A stretch of DNA of 63,572 bases, counting the filler, from Chiloscyllium plagiosum (Eukaryota), in assembly GCF_004010195.1 (NCBI RefSeq). It is 3 parts of one record of this genome, joined end to end, with 100 filler letters (N's around TTAATTAATTAA, not from the genome) between each part and the next. Parts side by side here need not be neighbours in the genome. Positions count along the whole stretch, not along the records: positions 46,404 to 63,572 come from NC_057717.1; 2 more parts are not named here. One strand, given 5' to 3'. The notes below the pieces were generated by a model, which was given only the letters and a program-made list of their open reading frames with translations, ran no database searches and was not told where the DNA came from. This document shows, piece by piece, positions 46,404 through 59,200 of the stretch. Position 1 is the first letter of the stretch, and each line of letters begins with the position of its first letter. The position numbers and the translations under genes were made by a program.

Positions 46404-47042
46404 CCAGTGCCACATACTAGTGAGAACAGGAATATTATGATAGAGACGATGAACGTGTGGCGAAGGACCTTGTGCAAGGGAGAAGTTCCCCGCTTTTGGA
46501 TCATTGGAATCTCTGCAGTGGTAGAATTGACCTGCATAAGAAGGACGGATTGTATCTGAATTGGAATGGAAGATTTGCTGATGCTTCTCGGGAGGCATTA
46601 AACCAGTGAGGGAGTGGGGTTAAATCCAAAGACATATTGAGAAAAGAGAGAATTCTGAGGCTGATACTGTCCAGAAATCAAACAGTCAAGGCAGGCAAGG
46701 GTAAATCACAGAATGAGGTACGACTGACCAGTTACACTGCATTTATTTCAATGCAAGAGGCCTGACTGGGAAGGCAACTGCGCTCATGACATGGTTTTAA
46801 TTATGAGACTGCGATATCATGGGCATAACAGAAACGTGGCTCAGGGATGGATAGGACTGGCAGCGTAATGTTTCAGGGTATAGATGTAAGGGGAAGGATA
46901 GAAAGGGGGAATCAGAGACGAAGCTGAGTGGCGTTTTTGATTAGCGATAGCATTATGGTTGTGCTGAGGGAGGATATTCATGACAGTACGTCCAGTGAAG
47001 TCATTTGGATGGAACAGAGAAACCGGAAAGTGATGATCACTT
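46404..47042 (+). mobile_element. CR1 ORF1 end and EN start
   Basis: CIYFNARGLTGKA..GITETWL; co-linear with 35010-35645. Confidence 0.85.
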
Positions 47043-48770
47043 TAGAACGTAGAACATAGAAAGGTACAGCACAGAACAGACCATTAGGCCCACGATGTTG
47101 TGCCGAGACATAATCCTAATGTAAAATATAGTAACTTAACCTATGCATCCCTCAACTCACTGTTATTCATGTGAGCTTAAATGTTCCCGATGACTTCGCT
47201 TCACCACCTTAGCTAGCAACGCATTGCATGTATTTACAATTCTCTGCGTAAAGAACTTACATCTGATGTCTCTTTTACACTTTCCCCCTAATATCACCAA
47301 ACTATGACTTTTCGTATCTGTCAATCCTGCCCTGCGGAAAAGTCTTTGGCTATTGACTCGATCTATTGTTCTCATTATTTTGTACACCTCGATTAGGTCT
47401 CCTCTCTTCGTCCGTCTCTCCAGAGAGAAAAGTCTGAGCTTATTAAACTTTCTTCATAAGGCAAGCCCTCAAGTCCAGACAGCATCCTGGTAAACCTTCT
47501 TTGCACCCTCTCCAAAGCTTCAATATCTTTCCTACAGTCGAGCGACAAGAACTGGACACAATATTCCAAGTGTGGTCTCACTAGGGACTTGTAGAGCTGC
47601 AGCAAAACCTCGCGGCTCTTTAGCTCGATACCCACGTTAATGAAAGCCAAAACACCATATGCTTTCTTAACAATCCCATCCACTTGGATGGCAACTTTGA
47701 GGGATCTATGTACTTGCATAGATCCAAATCCCTCTGTTCGTCCACACTGCCAAGAATTCTGTCTTTAATCCTATATTCAGTATTCGAGCTAGACCTTCCA
47801 AAATGTATCACTTTTCATTTATCCAGGTTGAATTCCATCTGCCATTTCTCAGCTCAGTTCTGCATTCTGTCTATGTCGCGTTGCAGCCTGCAGTATCCCT
47901 TGATACTATTGGCAACACCTCCAATCTTTATGTCATCTGCAAATGTACTAATCAGCCCCTCAACATCTTCATCCAAGTCATTTTTAAAATCTACTAAGAG
48001 CTGAGGCACAAGAACAGAGCCCTGCAGGACACCACTCAACACTGACATCCAGGCCAAATACTTTCCATCTACAACCACTCTCTTCCTTCTGTCCGCTCGC
48101 CAATTCTGAATCCAAATAGCGAAATCTTCCTGTATCCCAGACTTCCTGACTTTTTTGAATGAGCCTACCATGGGGAACCCTGTCAAATGCCTTGCTGACA
48201 TGCATATATAGTGCATCCACTGCTCGACCTACGTCGACCTGCCTTGTCACCTCCTCTAAGAACATAATAATATTTGTGAGGCATGACTTGCCCCTCACAA
48301 AGCCATGCCAATTGCCTTTAATCTCACATTGCTTTGACAAATAGTCATAAATCCTATTCCTCAGAATTATTTGCACAACTTCGCTGACCACGGACGTGAG
48401 ACTGACCGGTCTGTAATTGCCAAGGATTTTTCTATTACCTTTCTTGCAAAGTGGAACAACATTTGCCTCCTGCCTATCGTCCGGTAGGACTCCCATGGAA
48501 AGTGAGGAGGCACAAATCCTTGCCAGCAGCTTAGCAACTGCCTTTCACGCTTCCCGGAGCAGCCTTGGATAAACCTGGTCTGGCCCTGGGGTGTTATCAA
48601 TCTTAATGTTTTCAAAACATTTCTGGCACATCATCTTCATCAACCTTGATCTGGTCAAGATTGTATCCCAGCTCCTCTAAGTTTTCATTTGCAACAAGTT
48701 ATTGTTCATTGGTGAAAACCAAAGCAAAAAAAACTCTTTTCGGGCTTCCCCTGTCTGCTCAGACTCCAGG

Positions 48771-49658
48771 CATAAGTTTCCATCACGATCCCTGATCGGC
48801 CCTCCCTTCTCCCTAATCATTCTGTTATTCCTCACGTAGGAGTGAAACGCCTTTGGATCCTCCCTAATACTTCTTGCCAAGCCTTCTTCGAGAAACCTCC
48901 TGGTTCTCCTCAGTCCATTTTTGAGCTCCTTTCAAGCAAGCCTGTAATCTCTAAACTTGTGCTAGATCCTTTCTTCCTCCATCTTACGTAAGCTGCCTTC
49001 TTCCTTTTGACGAGAAGCTCTTCTGCTCTCGTCATCCATGTTTCCTTAATCTTACCATTTCTTACCTTTCTCAGAGGAACAGATTTGTGCATCACTCGCA
49101 AAAACGACTCCTTAAATAGTCACCACATGTCTGCTGTGCCCTTTCTGTGGAAAAATTGCTCCCAGTTTGTACTTCCCAACTCCTGCCTGATAGGGTCATA
49201 AATTCCTTTTCCCCATAAGTTTCCATCACGATCCCTGATCGGCCCTACCTTCTCCCTAATCATTCTGTTATTCCTCACGTAGGAGTGAAACGCCTTTGGA
49301 TCCTCCCTAATACTTCTTGCCAAGCCTTCTTCGAGAAACCTCCTGGTTCTCCTCAGACAATTTTTGAGCTCCTTTCAAGCAAGCCTGTAATCTCTAAACT
49401 TGTGCTAGATCCTTTCTTCCTCCATCTTACGTAAGCTGCCTTCTTCCTTTTGACGAGAAGCTCTTCTGCTCTCGTCATCCATGTTTCCTTAATCTTACCA
49501 TTTCTTACCTTTCTCAGAGGAACAGATTTGTGCATCACTCGCAAAAACGACTCCTTAAATAGTATCCACATGTCTGCTGTGCCCTTTCTGTGGAAAAATT
49601 GCTCCCAGTCTGTACTTCCCAACTCCTGCCTGATAGGGTCATAAATTCCTTTTCCCCA
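48771..49658 (+). repeat. 443-bp tandem duplication inside CR1
   Basis: CATAAGTTTCCATCACGATCC at 48771 and 49214; only a handful of mismatches. Confidence 0.95.
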
Positions 49659-49808
49659 ATTAAATACCTTGCCTCGGTAACTGCACCTTTCACTCTCCCA
49701 GACAATGCTAAATGTAAGGCAGTTGTGATCACTTTCACCAAAGTACTCTCCCACCACGAGATCTGAAACCTGTCCTGGTTCGTTACCGAGCACCAAATTC
49801 AAATTGGC

Positions 49809-50365
49809 CTCTCCCCTCTTCGGACTGTCTAGACACTGAGTAAGGAAACCCTCCTGAACACACCTGACAAAAAGGCTCCATACGATTCATCTGCACTGAG
49901 AAGGTTCCACTTGATATTGGGAAAGTTGAAATCACCCATAACAACAATCCTGCTACTTTTGCATTTTTCCAGAATCTGCCAACCTATGAGGTCTTCGGTC
50001 TCTTTCCTGCTATCAGGTGGTCTCTAGAAAACTCAATGCAGTGGCTGTTCCCTCTCTTTCCTTTTTAAACGTTCTAAACCCTGAAACTCTCCCCTCGTCG
50101 GACTGTCTAGACACTGAGTAAGGAAACCCTCCTGAACACACCTGACAAAAAGGCTCCATACGATTCATCTGCACTGAGAAGGTTCCACTTGATATTGGGA
50201 AAGTTGAAATCACCCATAACAACAATCCTGCTACTTTTGCATTTTTCCAGAATCTGCCAACCTATGAGGTCTTCGGTCTCTCTCCTGCTATCAGGTGGTC
50301 TCTAGAAAACTCAATGCAGTGGCTGTTCCCTCTCTTTCCTTTTTAAACGTTCTAAACCCTGAAAC
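49809..50365 (+). repeat. 278-bp tandem duplication inside CR1
   Basis: CGGACTGTCTAGACACTGAG at 49821 and 50099; units end at 50087 and 50365. Confidence 0.95.
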
Positions 50366-51294
50366 ATCAAGCAAACATCCCTGCCCCTGTGAAACCCACG
50401 TCTCCGTTATGGCCATGCTCTAAGTTCATCACTCTCATGCCGGACACTCCTTGCAATAAAGCAGACACAATTTAACTGATCCCTTTGTTTCATTGCGTAA
50501 GAAACCTTCTGATAGATTCAATACATCCTGTCACTGTCCTGTCTGCAACTGACCCCCTCTCAGACATGTGGCTCCGATTCCCACGCCGCTGCCAAACTAG
50601 TTTAAACCCTCGCGAATCGCATGAGCAAATCTCCCACCCAGGATATTTGTATCCATCCAGTTCAGATGCAACCCATCCTTCATGTACAGGTCCCACCTTC
50701 CCCAGATTTTATCCCAATGGACTACATATCTGTAGTCCTCCCTCCTGCACCAGCCGTTCAGCCACGTGTTAAGCTGCATTCGCTGATTGTTCCTCATCTC
50801 ACTATCTCGTGGCACCTGTAGGAAACCTGAGATCCCTCCTCTACTCGTCCTGCTCTTCAGCTTCCAACCTAACTCTCTGTAGTCACTTTTAAGATCCTCA
50901 GTCTCTTTCCTGGCTATATCATTGGTGCCAAAATGTACCATGATTTCTGGCTGCTCACCCTCTCCCTTCAGAATCTTGTAAACTCGATCGGTGACATTCC
51001 TGACCTTGGCACTAGGAAGGCAACATACCTGCCTGGAGTCCCGTTCCTGACCACAAATTCTATTGTCAATCCGTCTAAGTATTGAGTCCCATACCAGTAG
51101 CGTTTTCGTATTGCCCACACCTCCCCCTTCTGATCACAGTGCCATGTTCAGTGCCAGAGACCTGACAACTATGGCTTTTTCCTGGTAGGCTGTCCCCACC
51201 AGCCGTATTCAAACGATATACTTTATTGGCTGACTTGTGGTTCCTGCCTACCAGCGTGATGTACTGAGTAGTCTCCTTATCTTCCTGTGTATTA

Positions 51295-52650
51295 GCAGAC
51301 GAACAGAAGGGTAGAAGAAAACCAGTAGCTTGGCGGCATCAGGATGTGGAGAAGTCAACATTTTAGGTCTAACCATTATTCCTGACTGAGGGTGAGAGTT
51401 AGGGGATCTGCAGATAAAGAGGGAAGGAAAAGTTTGTGGTGGGAAGAACAGCAGGTTGATGAAGTAGGGATAGGTGGACACAAGTGATAGATGCAATATG
51501 GTTGGTCGATGAGAGAGAATCCGGTTGGTAAATGAAAAGAAGGGTCGTTAGGCGGAATGGAAGGGAGGAGGTGGACTTGAAATGGTGTAGGTGCATGGCT
51601 GGGAATGCCATTTCAAATTTCAGAACTCATTGTTATGTACTTCGAGCTTTCGGCTGCCCAGGCGAACAATGAAGTGTTGTTCCACCAATTTGCGATCTGA
51701 CTCACCGTGGCAACAGAGGAGCCCAAGGATGGTAATGTGAGAAAGGGATTGGGAAGGGGGATTGAAATGGGTCGTGAGAAGATCATATCAGGAGCGTAGG
51801 ATGCAGTAAAGTAGGATAGAAGAGAAGCAGGTGAAACTCTGTCTGACCTGGATAGACACGGAGAGCTCTGTCGGTAGGTGAGGGGAGTGGTGTGCTGATA
51901 GGTGATGCATCTATTCCAGTTGCAGGGGATGTTTCGGGTGGGGGGAACTGGAGGAATGGGTGAGGAGTGTGGCACAAAGATTAGCGAAGCGAATGGCCCT
52001 TGTGGAATATGTAACAGGTGGTAAGATCCAACCTAATGTACTGTATCGGGTGCTCAGGATGTGGTCTTCTCTACATTGAGGAGACCAAACGTAAACGAAG
52101 AGAATGTTTTGCTGCACATCTCAGCTGGGCCCATCAGCGCTGACCTGACCTCCAAGTCACTGCCTATTTCAATTCTCCCTCCCAATCCCTTTCCAACACT
52201 GCCTTCCTTGGCCTCCTCCATTGCCACAGCGAACCAAACTGCAAATTTGAGGAACAACACTGTATCTTCCTCCTGGGAAGCCTACAGGCTGGAGGAATCA
52301 ACAATGAGTTCTCCAACTTCAAATAGTCTCCCTTCCAATCCCCCGACTAATTTCCCAGCCCGTTCCATGAAATCCATTCCTCTGATCAAATCTTTTTCCA
52401 GCCACCAAACGGATTCAGTCCTCCCGTCGACAAACCTGATGGCATACACTATCTGTCTTCAGCCATCCACACCTCACCACACTGCCTCCTCCTCCCTCAC
52501 CCGCCTCTTTATCTGTAGCTCCCTTTCTCCCACCCCCCAGTCTTGATGAATGGTTATATGCAAGGCGTTGACTTCTTCACCTCCTGCTGATGTCTGGCTT
52601 GTTGTCTTCTTCCAGTCTCCTGCCTGTTTCCTTTTGATTTAACATTTGCA
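51295..52650. mobile_element. Inverted pair of Penelope-like 3' ends (GIY-YIG plus terminus)
   Basis: Minus arm to about 52020; plus arm from about 52035 reads YCIGCSGCGLLYIEETKR; decayed hammerhead TTGATGA..GCGTTGAC at 52543. Confidence 0.8.
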
Positions 52651-53732
52651 GTTTAAAAACAAATGTCTTCTTGTGTATTAGGCAGGAGATAGTGAAATGG
52701 TTGTCCCTCTTCTTATCCAATAGTTTCGAAGGGCTGTAGGGCTTTCTCACATTCCTGTGAAATCAGCTTGAGATGCTGCATGCGCTTCTCTTTATTTTTT
52801 GTGGAAATGTGCAGGGTCTAACGGTACTGTTACATGCATGTTTGCTACACGTCAACAGCACACGTTTGAATGTCGTCCAGCACCGGTGTCGTGATAAATT
52901 GTTCTGAACATTGTATGATAGTCACGGAACATGCTCAACCCTGATTGTATGATGTAGGGAAAGACGTTGATGAAGCAACTGAAAATGTTTGTGCCAAACA
53001 AGACACTCTGAGGATCGCCCACAGCGATATCCAGGGACTGAGAGGATTGTCCTCCACCAGCCACATTGTGTTCTGAATTACCCAACCAGTTTACACCAAA
53101 TTCCCATTAAGTTCATTTTTAGTTCAGGTTCATTGACACCTTGCTCAGTCAAATCCTGCTGTGATGTTATTGCCAGTCATTCTTATACAGTGTTCATATC
53201 TTTGTTCATGTCAATACGCCAAGGCACATGTGTGGGGATCATTTCCTTCTCTCAGAGGTTAGTAAATAAAGGGGTCTCCCTATCTCAGGCAGTTACAGGA
53301 GCTATATCACTGAAATGTTTGGTGGGATGGGGGGAAGAGTGTGTCAATGTTTTTTGACACGTCAGAGAGTTGAGGGCAACAATGAATTGGGATGAAAGAG
53401 AAATAGAGGCCTACAGCAGACCAGCCCTGACGTTACTGCAAATGAAGGCAGGGTTGAGGGGTGAAAGGGTCTTCTGTTACTCCAGTATACCACATATGCC
53501 AGTCTATTTGTGGACTCTTTCTGTTCTTGTCTAACAGACTTGAGGAGCTGAATGGACTGATCTTGTTTCTGTGTCTCTGGGTAGTGGTGCTGCATGGCCT
53601 AATCTGGGTAGTGCTATACGCTTGAGGCGCTGATTGGCCTGTGATTGTGGTTGCATATCAGACTTCAGGGGTGAATGGCCTCATCCTGTTCTGGTGTAAC
53701 TAAATTCCGTATAGACTAAGTCGACGACGCTC

Positions 53733-53937
53733 GGAGAAAGTGAGGACTGCAGATGCTGGAGGTCAGACTCGAAACGTGTGGCACTAGAAAGGCACAGCCT
53801 GTCAAGAAGTAAATGAGGAGCAGGAGAATCATCATTTCAGGTATCCACACTTCATCAGAAATGTCTGAACATCGATTCTCCTGTTCCTCGTATGCTATCT
53901 GAACTGCTGTGCTTTACCAGCGCTACAGGTTTTGACT
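53733..53937. mobile_element. Older palindromic Penelope-terminus insert
   Basis: GGAGAAAGTGAGGACTGCAGATGCTGG arm and diverged inverted arm GATTCTCCTGTTCCTC..CTGCTGTGCTTT. Confidence 0.8.
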
Positions 53938-53939
53938 TC

Positions 53940-54520
53940 TACCTGGTCAACCTTCCTGTTTACTTCATCAAATAACTTGAACAAATTTGTCAGGCATGTT
54001 CTCCCAATCGCAAAGCCATGCTAACGATTCCTAATCAAATCCTGTCTTCCCAAATGCATATATCTCTTATCTGTCATAATCTTCTCAAGTAGCATACCTA
54101 CCACCGATGTTAAGCTTAACAGTCTACGGTTCCCAGGCTGTTTTTTTTTTCCTTTTACAGTCCTTCATGAAAAAGGGAACAACATTTGTTACCCTGCATT
54201 CACCGCGGACCTCACATGTAATTAATAGTGATGCAAAAATATCGGCCAAGTCCCCTTCAAATTCTTGTCTATCTACTAGCAGTGTTTATCTAGCGTTTAT
54301 CTGATCAAGGCCAGGACATTTATCTAACTTCATGCATTTCAACACCTCCTCCAGTGTGATATGGACTGTCGCCAAGAAAGTACCACGGACATCCTCAAGT
54401 TCCGAAGTCTTCATGTTTTTCTGCATGGTAAACAGGGGAGAAATATGCATTGTGGACTTCGCCCATCTCCTGCAGTTCTGCAAATACATATCCTCCTTCA
54501 TACTTGAGAGGTCCGATTCT
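53940..54520 (-). mobile_element. CR1 ORF2 fragment
   Basis: EEVLKCMKLDKCPGLDQI in ORF 54286-54501. Confidence 0.8.
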
Positions 54521-54605
54521 CTTTATTTGGAGATGGTGGTGTTGGACTGGGGTGTAAAAAATCACACAACACCAGGTTATAGTCCAAGAGGTTTAATTGG
54601 AAGCA

Positions 54606-54640
54606 CAACAGCTTTCGAGCGTCGCTCCTTCATCAGCTGA
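54606..54640 (-). ncRNA. Minimal hammerhead ribozyme motif
   Basis: Minus strand CTGATGA-AG-GAGC-GAC-GCTC-GAAA-GCT-G; stem II intact, cleavage-site base non-canonical. Confidence 0.55.
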
Positions 54641-55049
54641 TAGTGGAGGACACGATCCTGAGACAAAGAATGTATAGCAAAAAATTACAGTGTGATGCAA
54701 CTGAAATTATACATTGAAAAATAACTTGATTGTCTGTTGAGTCTTTCATCTGTTCGAATATCATGATAGTTTCACCTCTTTCATGTGTAAATCACAAAAC
54801 TTTTTTTTAAGTTGCATTCTCAGGTTAGCTGTTACAATGTGTGATAGCTAGACCAGTATGTTGAAGGTGTCTATGTCATCGTGTTTAGATTGATTCTACT
54901 CTAAAAAGTGAGATAACAGAGGATTACATGAATTCATGCAGTTTTTGAGCAAAGTGCAATGTAACTCTGTAAGTATAAATTCACCCCAAAAAATTTATGT
55001 GTGCATGTGGGTCTTTGTATGTGTGCGTCTGCCGGGTTGGAGGTTGTGA

Positions 55050-55223
55050 TTGTGAGAGAGAGTGTATGTGTGTGTGTGTGTGTGTGTAATGAGTGTAGAG
55101 TGGTCAACGTCTCTGAGAGGATGCCTGTGTGAATGTGGGAGTGTGTGTGGGTCAAAAAGGGCGTGTGTGGATGTATGTGTGCGTGTCTGTGTATATGTGT
55201 CTGTGTGTGTGCGTGTGTGTGTG

Positions 55224-55256
<33 letters not shown>

Positions 55257-55288
55257 ATGTGTGTGTGTACGAGTGTCTGTGTGTGTGT
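55050..55288 (+). repeat. Compound (TG)n/(AG)n microsatellite
   Basis: Directly visible. Confidence 0.95.
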
Positions 55289-55369
55289 CCCGGTTGAGGT
55301 CCTCTCTATGGGTATCAAACTTAGCTATCAGCCTCTGCTCGGCCACTTATTCACTCTACAATCACTACA

Positions 55370-56218
55370 NNNNNNNNNNNNNNNNNNNNNNNNNNNNNNN
55401 NNNNNNNNNNNNNNNNNNNNNNNNNNNNNNNNNNNNNNNNNNNNNNNNNNNNNNNNNNNNNNNNNNNNNNNNNNNNNNNNNNNNNNNNNNNNNNNNNNNN
55501 NNNNNNNNNNNNNNNNNNNNNNNNNNNNNNNNNNNNNNNNNNNNNNNNNNNNNNNNNNNNNNNNNNNNNNNNNNNNNNNNNNNNNNNNNNNNNNNNNNNN
55601 NNNNNNNNNNNNNNNNNNNNNNNNNNNNNNNNNNNNNNNNNNNNNNNNNNNNNNNNNNNNNNNNNNNNNNNNNNNNNNNNNNNNNNNNNNNNNNNNNNNN
55701 NNNNNNNNNNNNNNNNNNNNNNNNNNNNNNNNNNNNNNNNNNNNNNNNNNNNNNNNNNNNNNNNNNNNNNNNNNNNNNNNNNNNNNNNNNNNNNNNNNNN
55801 NNNNNNNNNNNNNNNNNNNNNNNNNNNNNNNNNNNNNNNNNNNNNNNNNNNNNNNNNNNNNNNNNNNNNNNNNNNNNNNNNNNNNNNNNNNNNNNNNNNN
55901 NNNNNNNNNNNNNNNNNNNNNNNNNNNNNNNNNNNNNNNNNNNNNNNNNNNNNNNNNNNNNNNNNNNNNNNNNNNNNNNNNNNNNNNNNNNNNNNNNNNN
56001 NNNNNNNNNNNNNNNNNNNNNNNNNNNNNNNNNNNNNNNNNNNNNNNNNNNNNNNNNNNNNNNNNNNNNNNNNNNNNNNNNNNNNNNNNNNNNNNNNNNN
56101 NNNNNNNNNNNNNNNNNNNNNNNNNNNNNNNNNNNNNNNNNNNNNNNNNNNNNNNNNNNNNNNNNNNNNNNNNNNNNNNNNNNNNNNNNNNNNNNNNNNN
56201 NNNNNNNNNNNNNNNNNN
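55370..56218. other. Assembly gap
   Basis: N run. Confidence 1.
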
Positions 56219-59200
56219 AACTACGCTCGTTTGTCCTCCAATCTAAAAACTGGAAATTAGTCTGATTTTGTCACTGTATTGATGTATCGATAATCCACGC
56301 AGATTTGTTCAGTCTTTTTCAGTCTGAGAACTAAGCTCTTTGCCAAACTCTATTCTTTCAGGCTTGGTTCAATGGTGCCCTCATCGCGCAGACCTCTGCC
56401 TCCATCTGGATCTGTCTAGCTTTGAAAGTAATATGCTGATAGTGGTCTTGTTTTATCAGAGCGGTATTCCCGATATCTACTTCATGTATGGCAGCATTAG
56501 TCTTAACCGTCTGAATCTTACATATGTCCTTCTCATGCAGTAACAGATCTTAAAACTGTGTTTTATCCTCATGAGGCATATACTTGACTAACCTATCCCA
56601 CTCCTGAAGGACTCCTTCGTTTTTTAATCGATTTTGAGACAAATCAAAAACCACATCATCTTGATTTAATTCCTCACTGTGCGGAGAATCAACTCATACC
56701 TGTTTCTCCAGTTCGTTTTCTCACCGAGTTCTCGGGAGGGGACGTACACAATCAACATTCACCCGTGTGAAAGGTTCTTCAAATCTGGGAATTGGCAGCA
56801 AAGGTGCTGGTCTTTGGCTATGGCTTACCTAGCATTTAGCATGTATGACACGTCCGCAAAAGATAATCACATCCTTATGCATTCCAGGGCAATGAAAATG
56901 TTTTTGTAACTTAACCATAGTCTTTCATGCACGTAAGTGATCTCCTACAGGTAGTGTATGTGCTATCAGTAACACCCCCTGTCTGTATCCGACAGGTAAC
57001 ATAATCTGGTGAACTTCGGCCCATTTCTATTTTACACTGATCTGCTGTTGTCTCCATTACTGTCTTAGAATTTTATCTTTCAGATAATAACTCTCTAGAA
57101 AATTCTCTGCCAACTTTCTGAAGCTCGCATCCTAAAATATAATTTTGACTGTCTCGTCGTGCAGTTGCAAAGTCCTTAGCCTTTCAGGACTACAAACTTC
57201 TGTCTGATCCTCTGCCTGTTCTCGTTTTTGCAGCACCGTTATGTCAACAGTGTGCGATATTCGCTAACTGAACATCAACTCGTTCATCTCTTAGCTAGTT
57301 TTGAGAAGATCTGTAGCTCAGGTTGAGGTTCTGTATGTAGATTAGCTCACTGAGCTGGAACGTTCATTTCCAAATGTTTCGTCACCCTATTAGGTTAAAT
57401 TTTCTTTGGGCCTCTGGGCGACACACTGTTGATAATTCCTGCTATCTATTTATAAATAGAATAAAGTTAAAACCTATAAATAGAAAGTCGGAATTATCGA
57501 AAGTGCTTCGCCCAGAGTGCCACTGAAAATATTACCGAGTAGGGTGTGGAAACGTCTGGCAATGGATGGTCCAGCTCTGCGAGCAAACCTCATTCATGTC
57601 CTTTATCTATCTCTTCACGTTTCGCTTTGTGCTGTGACTTATGATAGTGGGACCAGTTACTACACTGTCTGGGAAGATAACAGGATATTTCTATTTTAAC
57701 TCCTCAGTTTCGTACTCTTCCTTTCGTATTACTCCACAGCAAGGGTTTGATTCTCCCACCTTGGATTCTGCCAAATCATTCCAAAAAACAAACTGAATTC
57801 CTGGAACTGACACTCTGTCGATGATTCGTACTGTAACTTGCCCAGTCTTGAGTTGGCACTCCAACCTAATCTTACATTGGGAGGGCTAAATATCTGTCCA
57901 TCTATCCCACAAATTGCCACACTCTCGTGCAACAGATCAGAAGAGTGCAAATTCACTCATCCTTTACTATCAGGGTTCGATCCTTTGCCTCTCAAAACCA
58001 TAACTTCTTATCATTTCCCCCGTTCGTTAGAGTAAACCTTACCCACGGAGGAGAAATATTTGTAAAAATCAGGCACTAACTTCATACGCAGAGCATTGTT
58101 GATAGTTCCTGCTATCTATTCACAAATTGAATAAATAGAAAAACTTATAAATATAAAGGAAGAATTATCAACAGTGCTTTGCCCAGAGGCCCATTGAGAA
58201 TGTTACCTACTAGGTTGAGGCTGTGCACTCTCCTGCAGTTCCTCGGTTCTTCTTGGTGTCTCCTTCACTACCTTACTAATGCCACTGTGTTATGTTATTT
58301 TTCCACATCTTTTCTCACAGCGCCTTTCTTTAACGACCCACACTGTGACTTTACGTGTCTGACGTTACCACAGTGGAAAAACCTGAGACCATTCCAACCT
58401 CTTAGCTTTTTTTTTAATCCTGTGATAAATCCTTACCAGTGTTCTCTACACTTTGTTCGCAGTGAGGGAGCTCCTTTTCTCCCAACGTCTTTCCATCACA
58501 CGACGAAATGCAGGCCAGGAACTTGCCTTGTGCATTACGACATATTATCAGCTAATTCTGCTGTTGTTTTCATTTCCTGAATTTTCTGTTCCTACACTGA
58601 AATTATTTCTATCTCTGCAAGTGGGATTGTAAACCCATCCAATGTATAATCGTTCGAACAGCCTCGTAGGTTCTTATGTATTTTTAAAGCACGCGCCCAT
58701 CCATCAAATTGACTATGTTTAATTCCTTCCAACTCAACATAAGTCTGACTTGGTTCCTACTTTATGTTCCTCAACCGCAGTCTATATGCTTTTGTTACCA
58801 GTTCAGAACACTTAAAAGAACCTGATTGACCTCTTCGTAATGCCTTGACCGCTCATCTGGCAGCGCCACAAAAACCTCACACGTTCGGCCTACAAGTTTA
58901 TTCTGAAGTAGCAATACTCATAAATCCTCTGACCGCTTCATATACCTAGCCAAGTTTTCAAATGAAATAAGTAAGGTTTCAACGTCTTTCTCATCGAAAT
59001 GTGGCAGCGTTTTGACATATTTGTTTATATGACGACCATCCTTTAATCTTCAACCGGTTAACTTGACTTTGCTGACTAAGTTGCAACTTCTCAAGTTCGA
59101 GTTCTCTTTCTCGTTATTTCTCCCTTTCTTCTCTCTCGCTCTCTGCCCAACTGAGAGCCATTTCTCTCTCTGTCTTTTTCCTCTCTCTTTCTTTTTTCTC

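Larger units (their letters stand above)
47043..51230 (-). mobile_element. Near-full-length decayed CR1 (ORF1 SGNH esterase, EN, RT, tail) with two internal tandem duplications
   Basis: ORF 50597-51118 [59 protein letters not shown]. Confidence 0.95.
54524..55350 (-). mobile_element. Penelope-like 3' end (second family): ORF C-terminus, (CA)/(CT)-rich UTR and terminus
   Basis: AEQRLIAKFDTHREDLNRD (PLE C-terminal GLN-type motif); terminus matches 34300-34440. Confidence 0.82.

Noticed and set aside
50597..51118. Host GDSL/SGNH lipase gene
   Set aside because: It is the esterase domain of CR1 ORF1, directly upstream of the element's ORF2.
55062..55369. Val/Cys- or Thr/His-rich ORFs
   Set aside because: Translation of the (TG)n/(AG)n microsatellite.
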